From NCBI GenBank assembly GCA_035622975.1, contig DASPUH010000040.1, positions 1 through 52,810 of the forward strand: a DNA stretch of 52,810 nt, read 5' to 3'. Shown here one piece after another: positions 34,372-42,130 of this stretch. This DNA comes from Candidatus Sulfotelmatobacter sp. (GTDB lineage: Bacteria; Chloroflexota; Limnocylindria; Limnocylindrales; CSP1-4). The position numbers and the translations under genes are program-made. How positions within the stretch are numbered: position 1 is the first letter of the stretch; each line of letters opens with the position of its first letter. The notes beneath the pieces are model-generated. The model saw only the letters and a program-made list of their open reading frames with translations, did no database searches and was not told the origin of the DNA.

Positions 34372-35682
34372 TCAGGAGCCGCTCGTGGTTCCCCGGATGG
34401 GGGCCGCGGCCGCGGCCGCGGCATAGACCGCCCGCGTCTCCTCCGCCACCTCCGCCCACCCGCGCCGCGACCCGTGCGCCCGCGTCTGCGCGGCACGGGC
34501 GATGGGACCCCGTACGCGCTCGTCGGCCCACATGACGCGCAGCGCGGCCGCGAGCCGGTCGGGGTCCCGAGCCTCGACGACGATGCCCGCCTTGCCCACC
34601 AGCTCCGGCAACGGGCCGACGCGCGAGGCGACCACCGGCGTGCCGACGGCCAGCGCCTCCTGGACCACCAGCCCGGTGCCCTCGCTGACAGCCGGGAACA
34701 CCACCGCGCGCGCGCCGCCCTCCAGGGTCGCCAGTTCGGCCGGCCCGAGGCGCGGGACCTGGCGGACGAGGTCCCCGACCCCATGCCGTGCGGCGGCGCG
34801 GGCCAGGCCGACCGAATCCGACTCATCCGATCCGAGAGCACCGGCCAGGACCAAGACCGGCGGCCACGCCTCGGTGCCCCGGATCGGCGCCTCCTCCCGC
34901 AGGGCGCCGAGGGCCCGGAAGAGCGTCCCCAGGTCCTTGCGCGCGTCGTAGCGACCGGCGAAGACGAGGTATCGCTCGGGCAGGGCCAGGCGGGCGCGCA
35001 GGGCCTGGACCCGATCGGAGCTCGCGGCCAGCGGCTGGAAGGCCGGGTCGGGGGCCAGCGGCACCACGGCGATCCGTTCGGCCGGGATCCGCAGCAGGCG
35101 TCGCGCGCTCTCAGCCGTGGCCCGCGAGCAGACGATCAGGCGGACCGCGTCATGCAGCACGCGGGCCCGCAGCCGGTGGCCGAACCGCGCGGCCGGGCTG
35201 GCGGCGTACACCTCGGGCAGCTCCCAGGGCGCCAGATCGAGCAGGGTGGCCACGAGCGGCAGGCCGGACGCCAGCGGCGCGGCGCCCCCGGCGGTGTGGT
35301 AGATCGAGCCGGCGGCTCCGCTCTCCGTGGCCCGCCAGGTCGTGCCCACCTCCGCCCCGCGGAGCAGGAACGAGTCCAGCGTCAGGCCCGCCGAGCGGAA
35401 CACCCGCGCCGTGGGCGGCACGCGTCGGCGGCCGGCCATGGGCAACCCGGCGGCTTCAAGAGCATCGGACGGGTCGTCACGCAGCGTGCGCAGCACGGCC
35501 ACGAACGACTCGTGCTCGAGCGGCCGGGCCGCGAAGGCGCGCGTGAGGCGGTCCAGGTAGGCCGCCGTGATCGGCGTGCGCTCCGGCTCCTGGAGCGGGC
35601 GCAGGTCGATGACGACGCGCGCGCCGGCGGGACGCCCTGGGCTTGCCGCGCCCGCGGCCGATGCAGCTGGGGGCCTGGGCAC
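34372..35682 (-). CDS. GT4 glycosyltransferase
   Basis: 436 aa. YLVFAGRYDARKDLGTLFRAL and VFPAVSEGTGLVVQEALAVGTPVVASRVGPLPE (E-x7-E). Start may lie slightly downstream of 35682. Confidence 0.8.
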   Translation of the reverse strand: MPRPPAASAAGAASPGRPAGARVVIDLRPLQEPERTPITAAYLDRLTRAFAARPLEHESFVAVLRTLRDDPSDALEAAGLPMAGRRRVPPTARVFRSAGLTLDSFLLRGAEVGTTWRATESGAAGSIYHTAGGAAPLASGLPLVATLLDLAPWELPEVYAASPAARFGHRLRARVLHDAVRLIVCSRATAESARRLLRIPAERIAVVPLAPDPAFQPLAASSDRVQALRARLALPERYLVFAGRYDARKDLGTLFRALGALREEAPIRGTEAWPPVLVLAGALGSDESDSVGLARAAARHGVGDLVRQVPRLGPAELATLEGGARAVVFPAVSEGTGLVVQEALAVGTPVVASRVGPLPELVGKAGIVVEARDPDRLAAALRVMWADERVRGPIARAAQTRAHGSRRGWAEVAEETRAVYAAAAAAAPIRGTTSGS

Positions 35683-35691
35683 GCCGGCGGC

Positions 35692-36480
35692 TCAGCCGGG
35701 GCCGACGTCGGCCCGGCCACGGGCGCGGGCTGCCGCGAGGGCCCCCCGGCCGCGCAGCTCGTCCCACCGCAGGCGCAGGACGACGATGAACGCCTCGCGC
35801 ACGATGCCGCGCGACATCTTGCTGACACCCACCCGGCGGTCGGAGAAGACGATCGGCACCTCGACGATGCGGGCCCCCAGGCGGCTCGCAAGGTAGGTCA
35901 TCTCGATCTGGAAGACGTAGCCGCCGGCGTGGATGCCCTCCCGCGGCAGGCCCGCCAGGGTGGCCGCACGCCAGGCCTTGAAGCCCCCCGTCAGGTCGTG
36001 CTGGTGCAGCGTCAGGACCGCCCGCGCGAAGAGCGAACCGCCACGCGAGATGACGCGCCGGGCGACCCCCCAGTCGCGCACGCCGCCGCCCTTGACATAG
36101 CGCGAGCCGATGACCAGGTCGGCGCGATCGAGCGCCCCCACGAGCGCTGGCAGGTAGGCCGGGTCGTGCGACCAGTCGGCGTCCATCTGCACGACCCGGT
36201 CGGCACCAGCGGCGAGCGCGACCCCGAAGCCCTCCAGGTAGGCCGGCCCCAGCCCTGCCTTGGCGCGCCGATGGCAGACCGAGACCTGCGGGTCCACCGC
36301 GGCCAGGCCGTCCGCGATGGCCCCCGTGCCGTCGGGCGAATCATCATCGACCACCAGCAGGTGTGCGCCGGGCAGCCGCTCCAGGATCGCCGCGGCGATC
36401 GCAGGGAGGTTCTGCGCCTCGTCGTAGGTCGGCACGACGACCCACGTGCCGGCGTACGGGTGGGGCACCGGTTCGGGCAT
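35692..36480 (-). CDS. GT2 polyprenyl-phosphate glycosyltransferase (Ppm1/Dpm1-like)
   Basis: Start at ATG 36480 (MPEPVPHPYAGTWVVVPTYDEAQNLP). VVDDDSPDGT, QMDADWSHDP and IGSRY motifs are typical of polyprenol-monophosphomannose synthase-type enzymes. The transferred sugar cannot be read from the sequence. Confidence 0.85.
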   Translation of the reverse strand: MPEPVPHPYAGTWVVVPTYDEAQNLPAIAAAILERLPGAHLLVVDDDSPDGTGAIADGLAAVDPQVSVCHRRAKAGLGPAYLEGFGVALAAGADRVVQMDADWSHDPAYLPALVGALDRADLVIGSRYVKGGGVRDWGVARRVISRGGSLFARAVLTLHQHDLTGGFKAWRAATLAGLPREGIHAGGYVFQIEMTYLASRLGARIVEVPIVFSDRRVGVSKMSRGIVREAFIVVLRLRWDELRGRGALAAARARGRADVGPG

Positions 36481-36544
36481 GGCCGGGAGTGTACCCCGGG
36501 CCCTCGACGCGATCCGCGGCCCGCCGGCCCGCCGGCCCGGCCGT

Positions 36545-39500
36545 TCAGCCGCCGAGGGCGGCCTGCAGCACGGTGAGGGTCCCGGCCGACACGGCCGCGG
36601 CGCCGCCCAGGGCCACGACCCGCACGGCGTCCCGGGCGAGGGCGGCCTGGACCACCGCCGCGGGCACCGCCCCAGGCGGCACGAGCAGCAGCGGCTGCCC
36701 CAGGGCGGCCGCACCAAGGGCGTCGGCGAAGGTGAGGCCGCTGGCCACGTAGACGGCAGCCGTGGAGCCGAAGCTGGCGTCGACGACGGCCGCCGCGGTG
36801 GCGTAGCGATCCGCCCCGGCCAGCCGCGTCACGGGGCCGTGCGTGAGCGACGCGAGCGCGGTCGTCACGGCCGATGAGACCGAGGCGCGGCCGCCGACCA
36901 CCACGATGCGGGCCGGCTGGAGGCGTTGCAGTTCGGCGACGGTCGCCGGTGGCAGGCCTTCAGGGGCGGTCAGCAGCAGCGGACCGTGCTGGTGTGCGGC
37001 GGCGGCAGCGGCAGCCACGCCATCGGCGAACGACAGCCCGTCGGCCACGTAAACGACCGGCACCCCTGGCATGAAGACGGCAGCCGATGCGGCGGCGGCC
37101 GTGGCGTAGCGGTCGGCGCCGCTGATCCGGCTGACCCCACCCGTGGCGTACCCGACCAGGGCCTTCGCCACGGCCGCCCCGACCGACGCGGTGCCCCCGA
37201 CGATGACGATGCGACCCGGCCGCAGGCGGGCCAGTTCGGCGGCCGTGGCGGACGGGATCGCGCCGGGCTGGACGAGCAGCAGCGGGGCGTTCAGCGCGGC
37301 GGCGACGGGTGCGGCGCTGAGGCCGTCGGCGAAGCCAGCACCCGAGGCGATCACGACGGCCGGCACGCCCGGACGGGCGAAGGCCACGCTGATGGCCGCG
37401 GCCGTGCCGTAGCGGTCCTGCCCGGCCAGGCGCTCGGTCCCGACATGGTGCAAGGCCACCCCGTACAGGCTCAGCTGGGCCGGCCCGACGGCCGCGGTGG
37501 TGGGCGCATGGTGCAGGCCGTTGGTGTCACGGCCGACCAGCTGCAGGATGTACGTGCCACTGGCCAGCACGGTCGAGCCCACCCGGCCGTTCCACACGAA
37601 CGACTGGGGCCCGGCGCGACGGGCCCCGATCGACACGCTGCCGGCGAGGCTGCCGTCGGGGCGGAAGACATCGAGGGCCATCGAGCCCAGGGCGGCCGTA
37701 TCCGTCCAATCGATCTCCAGCGTATCGCCGTGGCCGTCGCCGTTGGGGCTGAACGAGCGGAGGGCCGCCCCGCCAGGGCCCAGGCTCGACCCCCCGGCGC
37801 CGGCGAACGAGAAGTCGGTGATGAGCGCGGCGACCCGCGTGGCGTTCGGCGCCTGGATGGGGCGGAGATACGTCGTCGAGCCGACCGCGCCGGCGATCCA
37901 CACGCCGGCCTCCTGGTCGGCGGTGGGCCCCCAGGTCGTCACAGGCAGGGCCACCTGGAACCACTGCAGGCCGCCGGCCGAGACCGGGCCGGCCATGATG
38001 GCCACGTCGGTGCCGGCCGCGGCCTGGAGGACGACCGGTGCTCCGGTGCCCGGCGCGGCCCGCCCGTTGACGCCGTCGGCCACGACCTGCGCGAACCCGC
38101 CAGCTTGCAGCGTCGGCGTCGGGCTGTACACGCTGGCGACATTGAAGGGGCTGACGTTGCCGCGCCCGTCGGCGGCCCGCACGCGAAACGCATATCCGTG
38201 ACCCTGCGCGCCCTGGAAGGTGGCGCTGGACGCCGTCACGTGGGTCAGCCAGGGCTTCCACGGGCCGCCGTCGAGGGAGACCTGCACGTCGAACCAGGCG
38301 ATGCCGCTGCGGTCATCGCTGCCGCGCCAGGCGACCGTGAAGCCGAGGTCGCCGGTCGTCGCGGGCAGGGCCACCAGACCCGCCACCGGCGCGGTCGTGT
38401 CGGCGATGAACTTGGCCCGCAGTTCCGCGGCCAGCTCAGGGCGCGTGCCTTCGTAGCCCAGGGCCCAGATACCAGCGCCGCGCAGGCCCTTGCGGTTGAT
38501 CATGTCGTACCGCTGGCCCAGGCTGACCGCGTCGTCGTAGTACAGCTCTCGGGTCACCTTGGCACAACCGCTGCATGGCGCGAGCGAGTAGGCCGTCCAG
38601 GAGCTCTGCTCCAGACCGTCGTAGTGGCGCCCGTGCGCGGCCGCCAGGCCGACCGCCTGCGCGTAGGTCGCGGCGACCGAGTAGCCGTTGTGGCTGGAAG
38701 GGGTCAGGGTCGCAGCGTTCGGGCCGCTGCCGCTCGTGCTCCAGGCACGGCCGTAGTAGGGCACCCCGAGGATGATCTTGCCGGGGGTGGTCAGGGCCAG
38801 ATACGCATCGACGGTGTCGGTCAGGTCGTAGGTCGGCCCGCCAAGTGGGTCGATGGATCCGGCGATGGGACTGCTCGCGCCGCGGTAGTCATAGCCCATG
38901 ACCAACACCGCGTCGGCGGCACCCGGCGCGGTGAGGCCGGGGATGTCGTAGCTGTCAGGGCGACCCGTGGCATCGAAGGTGAGCTCGTAGCCGGCACGGC
39001 GGGCGTCGAGGTCCGCACGCAGCTGACGGACCAGCGCCGTGTAGTTCGCCGCCTGGCCTGGCGGGATGGGCTCGAAGTCCAGGTTGACCCCATCCACGCC
39101 GCGGTCGTGGACGGCCGTGGCGATCTCCGCCGCGAGGCGCGCCCGGAGCGTCGGGCTGGACAGCAAGGTGATCGTGTCGGCGTTCTGCCCGCTGGTCCAG
39201 GCGAACCGTTCCACCGTCAGGACCACCCGGGTCCCATGGCGGTGAGCGGCATCGATCACGGCCGTCATGGCCCGGCTGGTCCAGCCGGCCCAGCCGACGC
39301 TCGGGGAACCGTCGGGGTCGCGCGTCTCCAGGTGGCCGTCCGGACCGGCGCCCACGGCGAAGTAGGCGATCGTGGAGAGGGTGGTGTAGTCCAGACGCAG
39401 GCTGCCACTGTCCAAGGTCCAGTAGGGCAGGAAGCCCAGGACCTCACGCCGCAGGCCGGCCGTCGTCGAGCGCATCGCCGAAGACGTGGTGGCCAGCGAC

Positions 39501-39919
39501 CCGGTCGCCACGGCTTCCACCGCCGCAGGCGCGGCGGCGGCGCCGGTCGTCGCCGGGCTGGCCGCCTCCAGCGGGATGGTGGCCGGTCCGCCGGGCGTGA
39601 ACGCCGGGCGGTCGGCCGCGTGGGCCATCGCATCCAGGTACTCCGTCGAGGGCCCCGTGTCGGGCGGGTCGGCCTGGGTCAAGACGGGCGCGTCGGTGCT
39701 CATGCCCGCGTCACCGCCCAGTACGGCAGGGGCTGGCGGAGCCTGCTCGGCGGACTCGGTCCGCGTCGACCGGGCACTCGGAGCGACGGCGGACGATGTC
39801 ACGGCGCCCAGCGGTGCGGCCACCGGGACGAGGGACGCGGCCGATGACGTGGCAAGGGCGAGGGCCACCAGCAGGCCCGTTCCGACCCGGAGGCGGCGGT
39901 GCGTCAGCAGGTTGGCCAT
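36545..39919 (-). CDS. secreted multidomain GH18-like hydrolase with FN3-like, SH3b-like, FlgD-Ig-like modules and three C-terminal CWB2 repeats
   Basis: Start at ATG 39919, 6 nt after AGGAGG (MANLLTHRRLRVGTGLLVALALA, a signal peptide). GH18 block LGFLPYWTLD...VDGVNLDFEPIP...VMGYDY. FN3-like FTVAWRGSDDRSGIAWFDVQVSLDGGPW. SH3b-like VNGRAAPGTGAPVVLQAAAGTDVAIM...LQWFQV. FlgD-Ig-like FSPNGDGHGDTLEIDW...GTYILQL. Ends in 3x CWB2. Confidence 0.85.
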   Translation of the reverse strand: MANLLTHRRLRVGTGLLVALALATSSAASLVPVAAPLGAVTSSAVAPSARSTRTESAEQAPPAPAVLGGDAGMSTDAPVLTQADPPDTGPSTEYLDAMAHAADRPAFTPGGPATIPLEAASPATTGAAAAPAAVEAVATGSLATTSSAMRSTTAGLRREVLGFLPYWTLDSGSLRLDYTTLSTIAYFAVGAGPDGHLETRDPDGSPSVGWAGWTSRAMTAVIDAAHRHGTRVVLTVERFAWTSGQNADTITLLSSPTLRARLAAEIATAVHDRGVDGVNLDFEPIPPGQAANYTALVRQLRADLDARRAGYELTFDATGRPDSYDIPGLTAPGAADAVLVMGYDYRGASSPIAGSIDPLGGPTYDLTDTVDAYLALTTPGKIILGVPYYGRAWSTSGSGPNAATLTPSSHNGYSVAATYAQAVGLAAAHGRHYDGLEQSSWTAYSLAPCSGCAKVTRELYYDDAVSLGQRYDMINRKGLRGAGIWALGYEGTRPELAAELRAKFIADTTAPVAGLVALPATTGDLGFTVAWRGSDDRSGIAWFDVQVSLDGGPWKPWLTHVTASSATFQGAQGHGYAFRVRAADGRGNVSPFNVASVYSPTPTLQAGGFAQVVADGVNGRAAPGTGAPVVLQAAAGTDVAIMAGPVSAGGLQWFQVALPVTTWGPTADQEAGVWIAGAVGSTTYLRPIQAPNATRVAALITDFSFAGAGGSSLGPGGAALRSFSPNGDGHGDTLEIDWTDTAALGSMALDVFRPDGSLAGSVSIGARRAGPQSFVWNGRVGSTVLASGTYILQLVGRDTNGLHHAPTTAAVGPAQLSLYGVALHHVGTERLAGQDRYGTAAAISVAFARPGVPAVVIASGAGFADGLSAAPVAAALNAPLLLVQPGAIPSATAAELARLRPGRIVIVGGTASVGAAVAKALVGYATGGVSRISGADRYATAAAASAAVFMPGVPVVYVADGLSFADGVAAAAAAAHQHGPLLLTAPEGLPPATVAELQRLQPARIVVVGGRASVSSAVTTALASLTHGPVTRLAGADRYATAAAVVDASFGSTAAVYVASGLTFADALGAAALGQPLLLVPPGAVPAAVVQAALARDAVRVVALGGAAAVSAGTLTVLQAALGG
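36548..37423 (-). repeat. three tandem CWB2 (cell wall binding repeat 2) modules, protein-level repeat
   Basis: Three units of about 95-100 aa, each with G(Q/A)DRY(G/A)TAAA ... (S/D)G..FADGL/ALxAA ... PLLL(V/T) ... P..T..EL.RL.P.RI.(I/V)VGG..(S/A)V. Confidence 0.75.
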
Positions 39920-40046
39920 GCCGACCTCCTGGGAGTGGTGACGAGGTGCACCATAGGCTTCGGGCGAGGCGTGCCCCACCCCACGATGGTCCTGGTACGA
40001 GGCGTCAGTCGCTGCGGAACCTGTCCTGCAGGACCGCGACGCGCGG

Positions 40047-41936
40047 TCAGGTCGCGCTTGGCGCGGCGCCTCTGACGGCGAGCATCACCGAGTAGCTGAT
40101 CGCCCCCGGACCGCCCAGGAACACGATGCGGCCGGGGTTCAGACGCGTCACCTCGGCCAGCACGACCGAGGCGACCGTGCGCCCCTGCGCCAGGACGAGT
40201 GGCTGGCCGAGCGCGGCGCCCACGAGAGCGTCGGGGAAGTTCGCGCCCGACGCGACATACAGCGTGCTGACGTCGGGGCTTCCGGGGTAGGTGTCCTCCG
40301 AGATGGCGACGGACGTGGCATAGCGGTCGCTGCCCGCCAGGCGCGTCGGGGTGACGCCCGCGGCCGCCCCGAGCGCGTCCTTCACCGCGTCGCTGACGCT
40401 GGCCGTGCCGCCCAGGACCTTGATGGCCTTGGGAGCCAGGGCCTTCACCGCCTGCAGGGTGGCGTCGGGTAGGCTGGTCGGGTCGACGAGGAGGACGGGC
40501 GCCCCGACGTGGCCCGCCGCGGCGGCTCCCGCGAGAGCGTCCGGGAAGTTGAGGCCGTCGGCCACGTAGAGGACGTTGACGGGGCCGCTGAAGAACGTGG
40601 TGGCGATGGCGCCGGCCGTGCCATAGCGGTCACTGCCGGCGACGCGGCGGACGTTGGTGGAGGGGTTGCTGACCATGGCGTCGAGCTGCTGCTCGACGGC
40701 CGTCGTGACACTGGCGGTCCCGCCCAGGATCACGATCTGCTGTGGTTTCAGGCGGTCCAGCTCGGCGATGGTCGACGGAGGCAGGCTGTCGGGAGCCGTG
40801 ATGACGAGCGGTGCGTGCTCCTTGGCAGCGGCGGCCGCCCCGGCCAGCGCGTCGGGGAACAAGGCGCCGCTGGCCACGAATACGAGCGGGGTCGGGCCGG
40901 CGGGGAAGCTCTGGTCGTCGATGGCCTCCGCGGTGCCATAGCGGTCGGCCCCGGCCAGGCGATCGGGGTCGGGCGCGGGCGAGCCCCCGTCCAGGACCTC
41001 GTCACCAGTGAGCAGGAGGTTGCCCACCACGGAGCGGTAGTAGTTGTCGCTGCTCGCGGTGGGCGGTCCGCCGGGGTCCATGTGGACGTCGTAGAGGGGT
41101 GACCGCGAGGAGCCGAAGCGGATGGCGTACGTGCCCAGGTAGCCGTCGGACATGAAGATCTGGTCGATCGTCTGGGCGGGGTCGTCGAAGATGGCATCGA
41201 TGACGCCCGTGACGCCCTGCATGCCGTAGGCGAAGACCGCGCCGGCGCCGGCCTGCAGGAACCCCGCACCGTAGTTGTCGACCCGTTGCTGAGCCACGCT
41301 CTGGGTGGGCTCGGAGGGGATGGTCGACTCGTTGTCGCCGCTGGCATAGCACAGGTGGTTCAGCAGGACGACGGCGTTCGGATGCGGGTGGAGCGACGCG
41401 GCGATGGGGCCTTCGCCGCAGTAGTTCATGCCGCCGCCACTGGCGCACGGCGTGCCCGAGGTGTAGTCGAGGACGAAGCCATCCACCCGGTCGGGCATGA
41501 GGTAACCGGGCGGGTACGGATTGGGGTAGCCGTTGCCATGGCCCATATAGGCCACGATGGTCGCCGGCTGACCCCCGTCCGCCCCGTTGACGTATTTGAC
41601 GACGTTCTGCCACGTGGCCGGCAGGATCGTCGGCAGGCTGGAGAGCGTGCCGGTCGAGCCGGGCTTGGCGATCTTGTTGTAGCTCGTGGCGGTGTACAGG
41701 CGGATGACATCCATGCCGTGGCTGGCGGCATCCGCGGCCACCGACTCGGCGTCTGAAACGTACCCACCTGTCTGGCCGGCGACCGGTCCCACGATGATCA
41801 CGGCGCGCGGTGCGGCTGGAGCCCCGTCCGCCCGCGCCGGCGACGCCGCAGCGCCCGACCAGCCGGTCGCCACGAGCGCGAGGAGCGCCGCGGCGATGAG
41901 GGCCAGCCGCGTGCGGCGGACCGTGGGATCGGCCAA
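40047..41936 (-). CDS. secreted protein: N-terminal candidate caspase-fold (clan CD-like) cysteine peptidase domain plus three CWB2 repeats
   Basis: TTG start at 41936, 7 nt after GGAGG. Signal peptide (RLALIAAALLALVATGWSGAAASPARA). N-domain has VIIVGP...IVAYMGHGNG...VVLLNHLCYASG (His-Gly and Cys after beta-strand-like segments). Ends in 3x CWB2. The peptidase assignment is inference. Confidence 0.8.
   Translation of the reverse strand: MADPTVRRTRLALIAAALLALVATGWSGAAASPARADGAPAAPRAVIIVGPVAGQTGGYVSDAESVAADAASHGMDVIRLYTATSYNKIAKPGSTGTLSSLPTILPATWQNVVKYVNGADGGQPATIVAYMGHGNGYPNPYPPGYLMPDRVDGFVLDYTSGTPCASGGGMNYCGEGPIAASLHPHPNAVVLLNHLCYASGDNESTIPSEPTQSVAQQRVDNYGAGFLQAGAGAVFAYGMQGVTGVIDAIFDDPAQTIDQIFMSDGYLGTYAIRFGSSRSPLYDVHMDPGGPPTASSDNYYRSVVGNLLLTGDEVLDGGSPAPDPDRLAGADRYGTAEAIDDQSFPAGPTPLVFVASGALFPDALAGAAAAAKEHAPLVITAPDSLPPSTIAELDRLKPQQIVILGGTASVTTAVEQQLDAMVSNPSTNVRRVAGSDRYGTAGAIATTFFSGPVNVLYVADGLNFPDALAGAAAAGHVGAPVLLVDPTSLPDATLQAVKALAPKAIKVLGGTASVSDAVKDALGAAAGVTPTRLAGSDRYATSVAISEDTYPGSPDVSTLYVASGANFPDALVGAALGQPLVLAQGRTVASVVLAEVTRLNPGRIVFLGGPGAISYSVMLAVRGAAPSAT
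40050..40952 (-). repeat. three tandem CWB2 modules, protein-level repeat
   Basis: G(A/S)DRY(G/A)T..AI ... ASG..FPDAL.GAA ... P(L/V)(V/L)L ... LP......(L/V)..L.P..I..LGG..(S/A)(V/I). I estimate about 40% identity to the triplet of the neighbouring gene by eye. Confidence 0.75.
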
Positions 41937-42130
41937 TGCTCTGCCTCCGGTACGCCCGGTGATCGCAGGTCGGCCCCGGGCCCGGCAGCTGCGATGGGAA
42001 GGACAGGGTGGGCCCTAACCCCAGGCGCCGCTATGCCGAGATGGTCCCGCACCCCATGGCCCCATGGGACCACGGGGGTATGGCAGCATGGCGGCCTCAC
42101 CGCATCGCTCCATCCCGATGGGAAGGCCAC

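Noticed and set aside
34474-36576. 700-aa plus-strand ORF; similarly 33282-34841(-), 5633-7225(-), 10269-11678(+), 11882-13327(+), 43585-45072(+)
   Set aside because: All are antisense to genes with clear family signatures (GT4/Ppm1, DUF3048, GT4, glnA, PucR, mreB). All show the same Arg/Gly/Asp/His-rich composition.
36926-39847. 973-aa plus-strand ORF
   Set aside because: It is antisense to the GH18/CWB2 gene, whose domains are clear. The translation is Arg/Gly/Asp-rich low-complexity sequence. High-G+C artefact.
40023-40048. Palindrome GTCCTGCAGGAC and hairpin GACCGCG-ACG-CGCGGTC at the stop of the CWB2 peptidase-like gene as an intrinsic terminator
   Set aside because: No U-tract follows on the minus strand. 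The first element has no loop and the hairpin overlaps the stop codon. The next gene, in the same orientation with its own SD, starts about 130 nt later, so read-through is equally plausible.
41937-42130. Possible c-di-AMP (ydaO-type) riboswitch upstream of the LysM gene, as seen before wall-hydrolase genes in Actinobacteria
   Set aside because: I could not find the conserved ydaO core elements as I remember them (GGGGUGAAUC-like and CCGAAUCC...CAGCUAACC-like segments). Only generic GC hairpins are present. A covariance-model scan would be the decisive test.
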